A stretch of DNA of 64,000 nucleotides. Origin: Bacteroidota bacterium (lineage in GTDB: Bacteria; Bacteroidota; Ignavibacteria; UBA10030; UBA8401). The stretch spans positions 7,379-71,378 of the forward strand of contig JAQUOA010000001.1 of NCBI GenBank assembly GCA_028749215.1. Direction: 5' to 3'. Below the pieces are notes generated by a model. That model had not been told where the DNA came from and did not search any database. It saw only the letters and a program-made list of their open reading frames with translations. Shown piece after piece: positions 32,803 to 41,807 of this stretch (position 1 is its first letter; the number at the start of each line of letters is the position of its first letter). A program made the translations under genes and the position numbers.

Positions 32803-33519
32803 GTGAAGTTGTTAAATAAAGTTGCTCTTATTACCGGAGCGTCTCGTGGGTTAGGAAAATCATTGGCAATTCGATTTGCTAACGAAGGTGCGATGGTGTG
32901 TCTGTGTGCAAGAAATATCGACCATTTGCGTTTGGTAAGTTTGGAAATTTTATCCAACAACGGGAGATCCTATTTTGAACAAACTGATGTTTCCGATGAA
33001 CGTCAGGTGAGGGATTTTGTCGAAAATTCTTATAAGAATTTTGGAAAATTCGATATTCTCGTTAACAACGCTTCCATTCTTGGTTCACGCGCTTCTTTCA
33101 TTGATCATTCATTTACTGAATGGGAAAAGGTTCTTTCTGTAAATCTTACGGGCGCTTTTTTAATAACGAAGTACGCACTGCAATACTTTAACCCCAATGG
33201 GTCAATCATCAATGTAACATCATCGGTGGGGAGATTTGGGAAATCGAACTGGGGGGCTTACGGTGTTTCAAAATTTGGAATAGAGGGATTCACCCAAGCT
33301 TTAGCTGAGGAGTTAAGATCAAAAAATATCCGCGCCAATGCTGTCAACCCGGGAGCAATAAGAACTGATATGCGCCATCATGCTTATCCTGATGAAGCAG
33401 TATCCACAGTAAAAAAACCGGACGATGTTACAGACATTTTTGTTGCTCTGGCTTCATCAGATTCAAAATCAATCACAGGAAAATCATTCGATGCACAAAC
33501 ATTTAAAGGAATACTGTAA
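32803..33519 (+). CDS. Short-chain dehydrogenase/reductase (SDR)
   Basis: The 238-aa ORF has a GTG start, a Rossmann motif TGASRGLGK and catalytic YGVSK. The stop overlaps the next gene start by 1 nt. Confidence 0.85.
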   Translation: MKLLNKVALITGASRGLGKSLAIRFANEGAMVCLCARNIDHLRLVSLEILSNNGRSYFEQTDVSDERQVRDFVENSYKNFGKFDILVNNASILGSRASFIDHSFTEWEKVLSVNLTGAFLITKYALQYFNPNGSIINVTSSVGRFGKSNWGAYGVSKFGIEGFTQALAEELRSKNIRANAVNPGAIRTDMRHHAYPDEAVSTVKKPDDVTDIFVALASSDSKSITGKSFDAQTFKGIL

Positions 33520-35291
33520 TGAAAAAAATATTTCTCCTTCTCTCCTTCCTTTTTCTCTATGGCACTGCCCAAACTGATTCGTCCACAATCCGCATAAAGC
33601 ACCATGTAATGTATCTTGCTTCCGATGCCCTTGAAGGACGCGGCACCGGTGAAAAAGGGAATCAGCTTGCCGCGCAATATATCGCCGATCAGTTCAAATC
33701 ATTTGAATTGTTGCCGGCTGGTGACAAAGGGAGCTATTTCCAAGAATTTGAAGTTGTAAAATCCCTTGAACTAGGAAAAAATAATTTTCTTTCCGCGTTG
33801 GTTGGAAAGAAAACCAAAGAGTATGTGGTACAAAAAGATTTTATTCCAATCTCCTTTTCTACCAACGGTTCGGTAAATGGTGAAGTTGTATTTGCTGGAT
33901 TTGGAATGAGTTCCGAAGAAGAAAAATATGATGATTATGCCGGTCTGGATGTTAAAGATAAAATTGTATTGGTGTTACGCTATGCACCTGAAGGAGATAA
34001 TCCGCATTCGAAATTTTCAAAACAATCTGCCCTGCGGTACAAATCTCTTCAAGCACGCGAAAAAAGTGCCAAGGCATTACTCGTTGTTACTTCAGCTGCT
34101 GACGATTCATCGGATAAACTTATTAAATTGAAATATGATAATTCATTAAGTGATGCCGGACTTCCTATTTTTTCAGTCACCCGCTCGGTGGTAAACGAAT
34201 GGTTAAAATCTAGCGGACTGACTCTTGATTCTCTTCGCAATAAAATTGCAACTACTTTAAAGCCAGCTTCATTTGAAGTTAAAAACGTAAAACTTTCAGT
34301 GTCATCTGATATTATTCAGATCAAAAAGAAAACGGCTAACGTTGTTGGCCTTCTCAAAGTGAATGACAACAACGAGCATGTCATCATCGGTGCACACTTT
34401 GATCATTTAGGATACGGCGGCGAAGGATCCGGTTCATTGGCCCCGGACAAGAACGAAATTCATAACGGCGCCGATGATAATGCGTCTGGAAGTTCTGCAA
34501 TGCTCGAACTAGCTCGGATGCTTTCGGCGGAAAAAAATGTTTTGAGAAGAAATATCATTTTCATAGGATTTACTGGTGAAGAAATGGGTACGCTTGGTTC
34601 GGTTTATTATACGAAGCATCCCAATCTCCCTCTTGTTGATGCCATCACCATGATCAATTTTGATATGGTAGGAAGATTGAAAGACCGTGCGCTGACAATT
34701 CAAGGAACCGGTACCTCTTCACGCTGGGATAGTGTTCTTAATAAATACAATGCTGATTCAACTTTTATATTAAAATTTGTGAAAGACGGGTACGGTCCAA
34801 GCGACCATTCTTCGTTCTATGGAGCAAATGTGCCGGTCTTATTCTTCTTCACGGGTCTGCATGAAGACTACCACAAGCCATCCGATGATGCAGATAAAAT
34901 TTTTAATGAAGGGATTGCTCACATTGTTCAGTATGCATCAAAGCTTGTAATAGATCTTGACACAACAAAAGGACGTCCTGATTACATTAAAACACAGGCA
35001 CCACCTCAAGGAGCCGGCAGAGGATTCCGTGTATTTGTGGGAACTATTCCTGATTATTCAGAAGACGCTAATGGCATGATGCTTGCCGGGGTGCGAGATA
35101 ACAGTCCAGCCTCAAAAGCCGGTTTACAGAAAGGTGATGTGCTGATTAAATTTGGAAAATTTGAGATTAAGAATGTGTACGATTATACGTACGCCCTTCA
35201 AGAATATAAGCCAGGCGATGAGGTGGAACTTCAATTCAGAAGAGGCAAAGAAACCATTACATCAAAACTGGTTTTAGAAAAAAGAAATTAG
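33519..35291 (+). CDS. Secreted M28-family aminopeptidase with PA and C-terminal PDZ domains
   Basis: The 590-aa ORF has a signal peptide and M28 zinc ligand motifs (HFDHLGYGG; NGADDNASG; FTGEEMG; HEDYH). The C-terminal PDZ-like segment is GMMLAGVRDNSPASKAGLQKGDVLIKFG. Confidence 0.8.
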   Translation: MKKIFLLLSFLFLYGTAQTDSSTIRIKHHVMYLASDALEGRGTGEKGNQLAAQYIADQFKSFELLPAGDKGSYFQEFEVVKSLELGKNNFLSALVGKKTKEYVVQKDFIPISFSTNGSVNGEVVFAGFGMSSEEEKYDDYAGLDVKDKIVLVLRYAPEGDNPHSKFSKQSALRYKSLQAREKSAKALLVVTSAADDSSDKLIKLKYDNSLSDAGLPIFSVTRSVVNEWLKSSGLTLDSLRNKIATTLKPASFEVKNVKLSVSSDIIQIKKKTANVVGLLKVNDNNEHVIIGAHFDHLGYGGEGSGSLAPDKNEIHNGADDNASGSSAMLELARMLSAEKNVLRRNIIFIGFTGEEMGTLGSVYYTKHPNLPLVDAITMINFDMVGRLKDRALTIQGTGTSSRWDSVLNKYNADSTFILKFVKDGYGPSDHSSFYGANVPVLFFFTGLHEDYHKPSDDADKIFNEGIAHIVQYASKLVIDLDTTKGRPDYIKTQAPPQGAGRGFRVFVGTIPDYSEDANGMMLAGVRDNSPASKAGLQKGDVLIKFGKFEIKNVYDYTYALQEYKPGDEVELQFRRGKETITSKLVLEKRN

Positions 35292-35359
35292 TTGTTCTTG
35301 ATCAAAAAAAAGAGTCATCCGATATTTTCGAATGGCTCTTTGAATTTTCCGTCGTTTTC

Positions 35360-35836
35360 CTACAACAATTTTTTAGCCACTTCTCTCAATTCTTCTTTTG
35401 TGCAGAATCGTTGAACCATTGGAAAGAGAATGTGATTTTCTTTGTGAATATGATTCACCATGAGTTGCACAATATCTTCGGCTGACTCACACAATTCCTG
35501 GCGTCCAACTTTATCGTCGCTATTTTCTTTCATCACTTTAATGCTGTAACTCAATTTTTTGTAAATCTTTGCCATCTTCTGATGATCGTCACGCAAAACC
35601 GTCGTTGGTCCGTCAACGTAGCGTTCGACCAAAGGAAACAAGGCATCTTCTTCATGCTTGTTGTGATGACGAACCTCTTCATCCACATACTCCACAGCTT
35701 TTAGAAGCTGCTTAAATGATTTTTCGGAGTATCCTTTTTTCTTGATATCTTGCGCTGATTTTTTTAACAATTGCAATTTACCAAGAGCCTCTTCATGCTC
35801 CCTCATTAACAGCGCAATAGGATCGCGAAATGACAT
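35360..35836 (-). CDS. Hemerythrin-like HHE cation-binding domain protein
   Basis: The ORF is trimmed to the Met at 35836 (MSFRDPIALLMREHEE...). The long upstream extension in the ORF track overlaps the neighbouring gene out of frame. The protein has H..HEE and H..E motif pairs typical of hemerythrin-like domains. Confidence 0.65.
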   Translation of the reverse strand: MSFRDPIALLMREHEEALGKLQLLKKSAQDIKKKGYSEKSFKQLLKAVEYVDEEVRHHNKHEEDALFPLVERYVDGPTTVLRDDHQKMAKIYKKLSYSIKVMKENSDDKVGRQELCESAEDIVQLMVNHIHKENHILFPMVQRFCTKEELREVAKKLL

Positions 35837-35843
35837 AGTAGGC

Positions 35844-36140
35844 TTACTTAGTTTCGATGTACGTCGTGTACTTTGTTTTTCCATCAACAAATTCGTCCAG
35901 CGTTGACGTAAGATCATCTGCTGTTTGATCATCACTCTCTTCAAATTTTTTGTATGCAACTTCAGAGTGAGCAAGAAAAATTTCTGCAAACGAATTTTGC
36001 TTGCCTCGCTGTTCATACACGGAGTATGAAACATACTGATTTGTTGCATAATGTGCCTTCAGTTTTTCAACTGCAGCAAGATAGTCATTTCGCTTGACTT
36101 CTTTCACGTCGTATTGAACGGTGAGAATAACTTTCCCCAT
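35844..36140 (-). CDS. Hypothetical small protein (98 aa)
   Basis: The ORF has coding-like composition. Its stop lies 8 nt upstream of the hemerythrin-like gene start, so it is probably co-transcribed. Confidence 0.4.
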   Translation of the reverse strand: MGKVILTVQYDVKEVKRNDYLAAVEKLKAHYATNQYVSYSVYEQRGKQNSFAEIFLAHSEVAYKKFEESDDQTADDLTSTLDEFVDGKTKYTTYIETK

Positions 36141-36159
36141 CGTGGTTGAGTCCCTTTTA

Positions 36160-36861
36160 TTAAATGTTAAATGATGAATATATAATTACACTGAGATAAA
36201 AAATTCCTACGGCTACTGTAGAGACAATACATAAGCTTACAATAAATTTTATTCGATGTACCATCGAAATACCAATCGCACCTAAAAGAATACTCCATGC
36301 TACGCATATTCCATCCATCCCTGTCAAAATCAAGTAGACACTCGGCTTTACTTCGTAGCCGCTCGGACTTGTGGAAAAAATATACAATCCGAGCGATGCT
36401 AATTCAATTGGAAGAACAAACACAACCGATATCATTATGGGTACGAGCGACCAGCCGATGATGCCGTATGTTTCCTTCCAGCTTCCTTTTCCAAAAACAA
36501 TTTTTGCACAAAGATAAATACTGGTAGTCAGTGCAAAAAAAAACGGTAAACTTATGATAACTCCCAAAACCGTACCATGGAACAATAACGGGAGTAAATT
36601 GTCGTAATTATTGCCGGATTTTTTACTCCACATCAGAACAAAGAAAATGCCGATGCCTGAAAACAATGCTATCAAGAGAACAAAATTTTTATGTTCTGCA
36701 AGAATAATTTTTTTGAACGCATGCTTTGGCGACTCAATGATCATCCAAATCATTGCAAAAAAATCAAGCGTCGGAACACGGTCCTGTATGTAACTGCTGC
36801 ACGATTCGCATGTAATCGCAAATTCGTCATTAGAATGTTTGCATACCGGACAAACTATCAT
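36160..36861 (-). CDS. Membrane protein with an N-terminal zinc ribbon (Yip1-like topology)
   Basis: The 233-aa ORF has an N-terminal CxxC...CxxC motif (CPVCKHSNDEFAITCESCSSY) followed by about 5 TM helices. Confidence 0.55.
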   Translation of the reverse strand: MIVCPVCKHSNDEFAITCESCSSYIQDRVPTLDFFAMIWMIIESPKHAFKKIILAEHKNFVLLIALFSGIGIFFVLMWSKKSGNNYDNLLPLLFHGTVLGVIISLPFFFALTTSIYLCAKIVFGKGSWKETYGIIGWSLVPIMISVVFVLPIELASLGLYIFSTSPSGYEVKPSVYLILTGMDGICVAWSILLGAIGISMVHRIKFIVSLCIVSTVAVGIFYLSVIIYSSFNI

Positions 36862-37015
36862 CGTGGATAAAAATACAAAGAAATGAGCGGGCTTGCAATG
36901 AAAATTAATGAAGAGACAAGAGAAGAGTTTTTGTAAGACTTATTAAATTTCTTGATTTTCCCTGATACAAGTGTTAAGAATTATTATTTAAGGTGTGCCA
37001 TCTTTAGACCTCAAT

Positions 37016-38410
37016 TTACATCATTTTAAAATGCGCCGTAAAATGTCGCAGTTGGGGTGCTTCATAAGTAATCTTATATCCCTTCAGTGTATTTCGCCGT
37101 TGGAACACTTCAATTACAACTTCACTGACATAATCAATGTGGCTTTGGGTGTATACTCGACGCGGAATTGCAAGCCGAACAAGCTCCATTGGTGGTGAAA
37201 TGAGTTTCCCGTCCTTCCCATATTTCCCAAACATAACACTTCCTATTTCCACGGACCGAATCCCCCCTGCTTGGTAGAGTTCTGCAACTATAGCCTGTCC
37301 CGGATATTGGTTTGGTGGAATATGAGGAAGAAAATTTTTTGCATCAATATATATTGCATGTCCCCCCGGCGGTTGAAGAATCGGCACGCCTGCGTCGGTT
37401 AATTTATTACCGAGATATTCTACTGAGCGAAGACGGTATGTGAGATAATGTTCATCAAGAACTTCTTCAAGCCCTTGGGCAATCGCTTCAAGGTCGCGTC
37501 CCGAAAGTCCGCCGTATGTTGGAAATCCTTCAGTGATTATTAATAGATTGCGAGCATTGGTTGCAAGAGTGTCATCATTGAGTGCAAGGAATCCTCCCAT
37601 ATTAACAATCGCGTCTTTTTTTGCACTCATTGTTACACCATCAGCGTAGGAAAACATTTCTTGAGCAATTTGTAACGGACTTTTATCGGCGTATCCCCTT
37701 TCCCTTTTTTTAATAAAGAAAGCATTTTCCGCAAAGCGGCACGCATCGAGGAAAAGAGGAATGTTATATTTCCTGAGCAAGGTTTTCGTATCGCGGATGT
37801 TCTTCATTGAAACAGGTTGACCGCCGCCGGAATTGTTTGTGACAGTGATGAAACATGCCGGAATATTTTTGGCACCTGTTTTTTTTATAAAATTTTCTAA
37901 TGCAGGAATATCCATGTCTCCTTTAAATGGAGCAATCACCTCAGGTTGTTTTCCTTCTTCGGTAGGGAAATCAACCGCTTCTGCACCGCTAAATTCAACA
38001 TTCGCTCGCGTTGTGTCGAAGTGTGTGTTGTTTGGGATGTATTTTCCTTTTCCGCCGATGAGGGTGAAAATAATTTTTTCTGCCGCCCTGCCTTGGTGCG
38101 TTGGAATGATAAATTTCATCCCTGTAATTTTTTTTACTGCAGCTTCAAACCGAAAAAAACTTCTGGCGCCCGCATAAGATTCATCACCTTCCATCATGCC
38201 GGCCCACTGCTTTGCACTCATCGCCGCTGTTCCGCTGTCAGTAAGAAGATCAATTAACACATCTTCGGCCCGAATCAGAAAAGGGTTGTAATAGGCCTCT
38301 TTCAGTATCCGTGTGCGCTCTTTTTGCGTTGTGAAGCGAATTGGTTCTACTGATTTAATTTTAAACGGCTCAATAATAGTTTTCATATGAAAGGCTCTAT
38401 TCGGAATCAT
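37016..38410 (-). CDS. tnaA: Tryptophanase (tryptophan indole-lyase), a beta-eliminating lyase family paralog
   Basis: The 464-aa ORF has C-terminal segments that closely resemble enterobacterial TnaA as I recall it (GGHAIYIDAKNFLPHIPPNQYPGQAIVAELYQAGGIRSVEIGS...LRHFTAHFK). It has the PLP-lysine region SAKKD and is about 50% identical to the tpl-like gene at 19901. Confidence 0.75.
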   Translation of the reverse strand: MIPNRAFHMKTIIEPFKIKSVEPIRFTTQKERTRILKEAYYNPFLIRAEDVLIDLLTDSGTAAMSAKQWAGMMEGDESYAGARSFFRFEAAVKKITGMKFIIPTHQGRAAEKIIFTLIGGKGKYIPNNTHFDTTRANVEFSGAEAVDFPTEEGKQPEVIAPFKGDMDIPALENFIKKTGAKNIPACFITVTNNSGGGQPVSMKNIRDTKTLLRKYNIPLFLDACRFAENAFFIKKRERGYADKSPLQIAQEMFSYADGVTMSAKKDAIVNMGGFLALNDDTLATNARNLLIITEGFPTYGGLSGRDLEAIAQGLEEVLDEHYLTYRLRSVEYLGNKLTDAGVPILQPPGGHAIYIDAKNFLPHIPPNQYPGQAIVAELYQAGGIRSVEIGSVMFGKYGKDGKLISPPMELVRLAIPRRVYTQSHIDYVSEVVIEVFQRRNTLKGYKITYEAPQLRHFTAHFKMM

Positions 38411-38930
38411 ACTGAATTAATGAATGAATATCATACCCAGTGAGTTTTTTTCGGGGGTTCAAAAAAGATAACTCAATAAGGAAAGACAATCCTACAATTT
38501 CCCCGCCAAGATTTTTAACCAAATTACAGGCAGCCGCTATGGTTCCGCCGGTGGCAAGCAGATCATCGTGAATTAATATTCGTTCACCTGTCGTTATAGC
38601 ATCCTTGTGAATTTCAATTGCGTCTCTGCCATATTCAAGTTGATATTCTTCACGGATAGTTTCAGCCGGAAGCTTTCCTGGTTTTCGTATCGGAACAAAT
38701 CCGCACCCGAGCCTGTACGCCAATGCAGCACCGATAATAAACCCGCGAGATTCTATCCCGACAACTTTTGAAATATTTTTATCTTTATACTGTTCGTACA
38801 ACTTATCAATTGTGTACGTTAACGCTTCTTTGTCTTTCAGCAGAGTGGTAATGTCTCTGAACATGATTCCTTTTTTGGGGAAATTGGGAACGGTGCGGAT
38901 TTTTGAAACAAGGTTCATGAAAGGCTCCAA
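38397..38930 (-). CDS. apt: Adenine phosphoribosyltransferase
   Basis: The 177-aa ORF has a PRTase motif (ILIHDDLLATGGT) and the APRT N-terminal RTVPNFPKKGIMFRDIT. It overlaps the tnaA start by 14 nt. Confidence 0.9.
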   Translation of the reverse strand: MEPFMNLVSKIRTVPNFPKKGIMFRDITTLLKDKEALTYTIDKLYEQYKDKNISKVVGIESRGFIIGAALAYRLGCGFVPIRKPGKLPAETIREEYQLEYGRDAIEIHKDAITTGERILIHDDLLATGGTIAAACNLVKNLGGEIVGLSFLIELSFLNPRKKLTGYDIHSLIQYDSE

Positions 38931-38989
38931 TTTTTTGACGGTGAAAAATAGCCAAAAGGTTCTGGAGAAGCAATTGAGTTGTTTTAAAA

Positions 38990-39032
38990 CAAAAATGGTG
39001 TCCGACGGTAAAAACCATCAGACACCATTGCG
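38990..39032 (-). terminator. Putative terminator hairpin downstream of glnN
   Basis: A 9-bp stem aatggtgtc/gacaccatt with an 18-nt loop is followed on the minus transcript by tttgttttaaaac. The large loop lowers confidence. Confidence 0.4.
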
Positions 39033-39046
39033 TTCAGCAAGAAATA

Positions 39047-41173
39047 TTACAGACCGACAATCATATCGGCATATTTCGGTACAGGCCAGAGATCACCTGC
39101 AACATGAATTTCTAATTCATCCACAATCGAACGAATTTTTTCACATTGTTTTTTCACACCAAGGTATGCAAAAGCTTTTTTCTTGATATCGCTTTGTTTT
39201 TGAGCCGCCGCCATTGCTTTATCAAGCACTGCCTCTTCCGTTTTTAAAGCGGTCAAGTGAACAGAAAGCTCTTTTACAAAACCTTTCAAGGACTTCACCG
39301 ATTTATCCCCGCCCCCAACGACAGATTTTAAACCGGATGATGCTTCGCATAATTCGGTGATGTATGAGATTAAACTTGGGTAGTACATCGTTGTAGTCAT
39401 CTTTTTACATACGCGGGCTTCTATATCAATTTGTTTGACATAATTTTCAAGATCTATATGATAAATTGCTTCGAGCTCACGTTCGTTGTATACTTTGTAC
39501 TTCGTAAATAGCTCTTTTGCATCTTTACTAAGAAACATTTCTATTGCTTCGGGTGCAGTCTTAATATTCGGCAAACCGCGCTTTGCAGCATCTTTTTGCC
39601 AATCGTCCGAATAACCATCGCCACCAAAGAGTACTTTTTTCGAATCAGAAATTGTTTTCCGCAATACTTCAACCACTGCGGTATCAACGTCTTTACCTTT
39701 TGTTATCAACGCTTCAAACTCAATTCGAATTTCGTCGAGAGCTGCAGCCATCGCAGTGTTGAGTACGGTAATAGGAGTCGATGGAGATTGACTTGAACCA
39801 ACTGCGCGAAATTCAAATTTATTTCCGGTAAATGCAAATGGAGACGTACGATTTCGATCGGTATTGTCTTTGGGAATCTCAGGAATCTTATCGATTCCAA
39901 TTGAAATCCATGCTTGATCGGTATTTTCCGTCACTTTTCCTTTTTCTAAATCTGTTAACACACGGGTCAAAAGTTCGCCCAAAAAAACCGAAATGATAGC
40001 CGGCGGTGCTTCATTAGCACCGAGACGATGATCATTTGCGGCTGTAGCAATAGAAGCGCGCAGCAGTTTCGAATGCTTGTACACTGCTTTAATTGTTGCA
40101 ACAAGAAAAACTAAAAATTGCAAATTAGCATGCGGTGTTTTTCCCGGGTTCAATAAGTTTTCACCCTTGTCTGTTCCCAAAGCCCAGTTCGAATGTTTAC
40201 CACTGCCGTTTACACCGGCAAATGGTTTTTCATGAAGCAACACAGCAAGGTTATGTCGAATTGCAATACGTTCCATCAAATCCATGAGGATTTGGTTATG
40301 ATCGATGGCCACGTTTACATCTTCGTAAATTGGAGCCACTTCAAACTGGTTTGGAGCCACTTCGTTATGCCGTGTCTTAAGAGGAATTCCAAGTTTGTAC
40401 GACTCGCGTTCAATTTCGGTCATGAAAGCAAACGCTCGTTCGGGAATATTTCCAAAATACTGATCTTCAAGCTGCTGATGTTTTGCCGGAATGCGGCCAA
40501 ACATTGTTCTTCCGGTTTGTCGTAAATCAGGTCGTTGATTATAGTAATCACGATCGATTAAAAAATATTCTTGTTCTACACCAAGTGTGGAAAATACTTT
40601 GGTCGCCGGATTCTTGAAATGTTTCAACATTCTCAGTGCAGCCTGATTCAATGCATCGATTGATCGAAGCAGAGGCGCTTTTTTATCAAGCGTCTCACCA
40701 GTGTACGAAATAAACACGGTTGGAATACACAGGGTATTGCCGTCAGGATATTCAAGAATAAAAACAGGACTTGTTGGATCCCAAATGGTGTATCCGCGAG
40801 CTTCAAAAGTCGCCCGAATTCCGCCGGATGGAAATGAAGACGCATCCGGTTCGCCTTGGATTAATTGTTTGCCCGTAAAAGCTTCAAGAATTTTTCCATC
40901 TTCACCATAATCGATGAAAGAATCATGTTTCTCGGCTGTGTATCCTGTGAGCGGCTGAAACCAATGCGTGTAGTGAGTACATCCTTTTGAGATTGCCCAA
41001 TCTTTCATTGCAATTGCAACGATGTTGGCTGTATCGCGGTCAAGTTTTTCGCTTTTACTGATAACGTTGAGAATTTTCTCATACGCATTTTTGGGAAGCA
41101 TTTGCTGCATTTTGGCAAGATCAAATATATTCTCACCAAAATAGGAAGACACAGGTTTTACTGTTTTACTCAT
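39047..41173 (-). CDS. glnN: Glutamine synthetase type III
   Basis: The 708-aa ORF has the length and motifs of GSIII (NEVAPNQFEVAPIYE; catalytic Glu-rich beta-grasp region), as typical of Bacteroidetes/FCB-group GS. Confidence 0.9.
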   Translation of the reverse strand: MSKTVKPVSSYFGENIFDLAKMQQMLPKNAYEKILNVISKSEKLDRDTANIVAIAMKDWAISKGCTHYTHWFQPLTGYTAEKHDSFIDYGEDGKILEAFTGKQLIQGEPDASSFPSGGIRATFEARGYTIWDPTSPVFILEYPDGNTLCIPTVFISYTGETLDKKAPLLRSIDALNQAALRMLKHFKNPATKVFSTLGVEQEYFLIDRDYYNQRPDLRQTGRTMFGRIPAKHQQLEDQYFGNIPERAFAFMTEIERESYKLGIPLKTRHNEVAPNQFEVAPIYEDVNVAIDHNQILMDLMERIAIRHNLAVLLHEKPFAGVNGSGKHSNWALGTDKGENLLNPGKTPHANLQFLVFLVATIKAVYKHSKLLRASIATAANDHRLGANEAPPAIISVFLGELLTRVLTDLEKGKVTENTDQAWISIGIDKIPEIPKDNTDRNRTSPFAFTGNKFEFRAVGSSQSPSTPITVLNTAMAAALDEIRIEFEALITKGKDVDTAVVEVLRKTISDSKKVLFGGDGYSDDWQKDAAKRGLPNIKTAPEAIEMFLSKDAKELFTKYKVYNERELEAIYHIDLENYVKQIDIEARVCKKMTTTMYYPSLISYITELCEASSGLKSVVGGGDKSVKSLKGFVKELSVHLTALKTEEAVLDKAMAAAQKQSDIKKKAFAYLGVKKQCEKIRSIVDELEIHVAGDLWPVPKYADMIVGL

Positions 41174-41193
41174 GACGTTCCTTTGTATGTTAT

Positions 41194-41670
41194 TTATTGT
41201 TTTGGTTTATTGATTTTTACACGTGATATTTCTTTGAAACTTGATAACACGATACTGGTTGTGGTATTTACTACGCCGGACCATGCTTGAATTTTAGAAA
41301 GTAATTTTTCAAGCGATGACGTATTTTCAGTTCGAATCTTCAACAAATGTGTCCCCGAACCGGTGACTGAATGTAATTCAAGAATTTCGTCGGTAGCTTT
41401 TGCATGTTCGATGAATGAAAGATAATGCTTTGATGAATCAACCATGACGTTAATGAAAGCTGTAATATCCTTACCGACCTTTTTGGGATCAACAAAAGCA
41501 TGATAGCCGGTGATAATTCCATTTTCTTCCAACTTTTTTAACCGTTCACTTACCGACGGAATACTCAAATCCACCGATTGCGCCAGATCATTTCTTCTGG
41601 TTCTGCCGCTTTTTTGGAGAATTTCTAAAATCGTGAGATCAATATCATCAAGCTGATGGAGGGAATTCAT
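41194..41670 (-). CDS. Lrp/AsnC-family transcriptional regulator
   Basis: The 158-aa ORF has an N-terminal HTH (LDDIDLTILEILQKSGRTRRNDLAQSVDLSIPSVSERLKKLEENGII) and a C-terminal RAM domain. It sits 20 nt upstream of glnN. Confidence 0.85.
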   Translation of the reverse strand: MNSLHQLDDIDLTILEILQKSGRTRRNDLAQSVDLSIPSVSERLKKLEENGIITGYHAFVDPKKVGKDITAFINVMVDSSKHYLSFIEHAKATDEILELHSVTGSGTHLLKIRTENTSSLEKLLSKIQAWSGVVNTTTSIVLSSFKEISRVKINKPKQ

Positions 41671-41755
41671 TGTTCTCGCCTTATTGAATTAGGTTAAAAG
41701 TAATATTTATTAAAAATATAAGGTACTTCTGTATCTTAAGCAATAGTATTCTTTA

Positions 41756-41795
41756 AAATATTAAAGGCGGGATCAACCGTTCCCGCCTTTAAACA
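41756..41795. terminator. Rho-independent terminator downstream of nagA
   Basis: A stem ggcggga/tcccgcc (41765-41771 / 41780-41786) extends to aaaggcggga/tcccgccttt. It has an A-run upstream and a T-run downstream on both strands. Confidence 0.6.
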
Positions 41796-41807
41796 GTTCA
41801 GTCTTAT

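Noticed and set aside
35837-36049. The N-terminal 71-aa extension of the 229-aa hemerythrin-like ORF
   Set aside because: The extension overlaps the 98-aa upstream gene out of frame and precedes the first hemerythrin motif. An internal Met at 35836 gives a clean 8-nt intergenic gap, so the gene was trimmed.
40321-40360. A tandem direct repeat ttggagccacttc (twice, 8 nt apart) inside glnN
   Set aside because: It encodes the repeated EVAP...EVAP segment (NEVAPNQFEVAPIYE) that is a conserved feature of glutamine synthetase active-site regions. It is a coding constraint, not a mobile or regulatory repeat.
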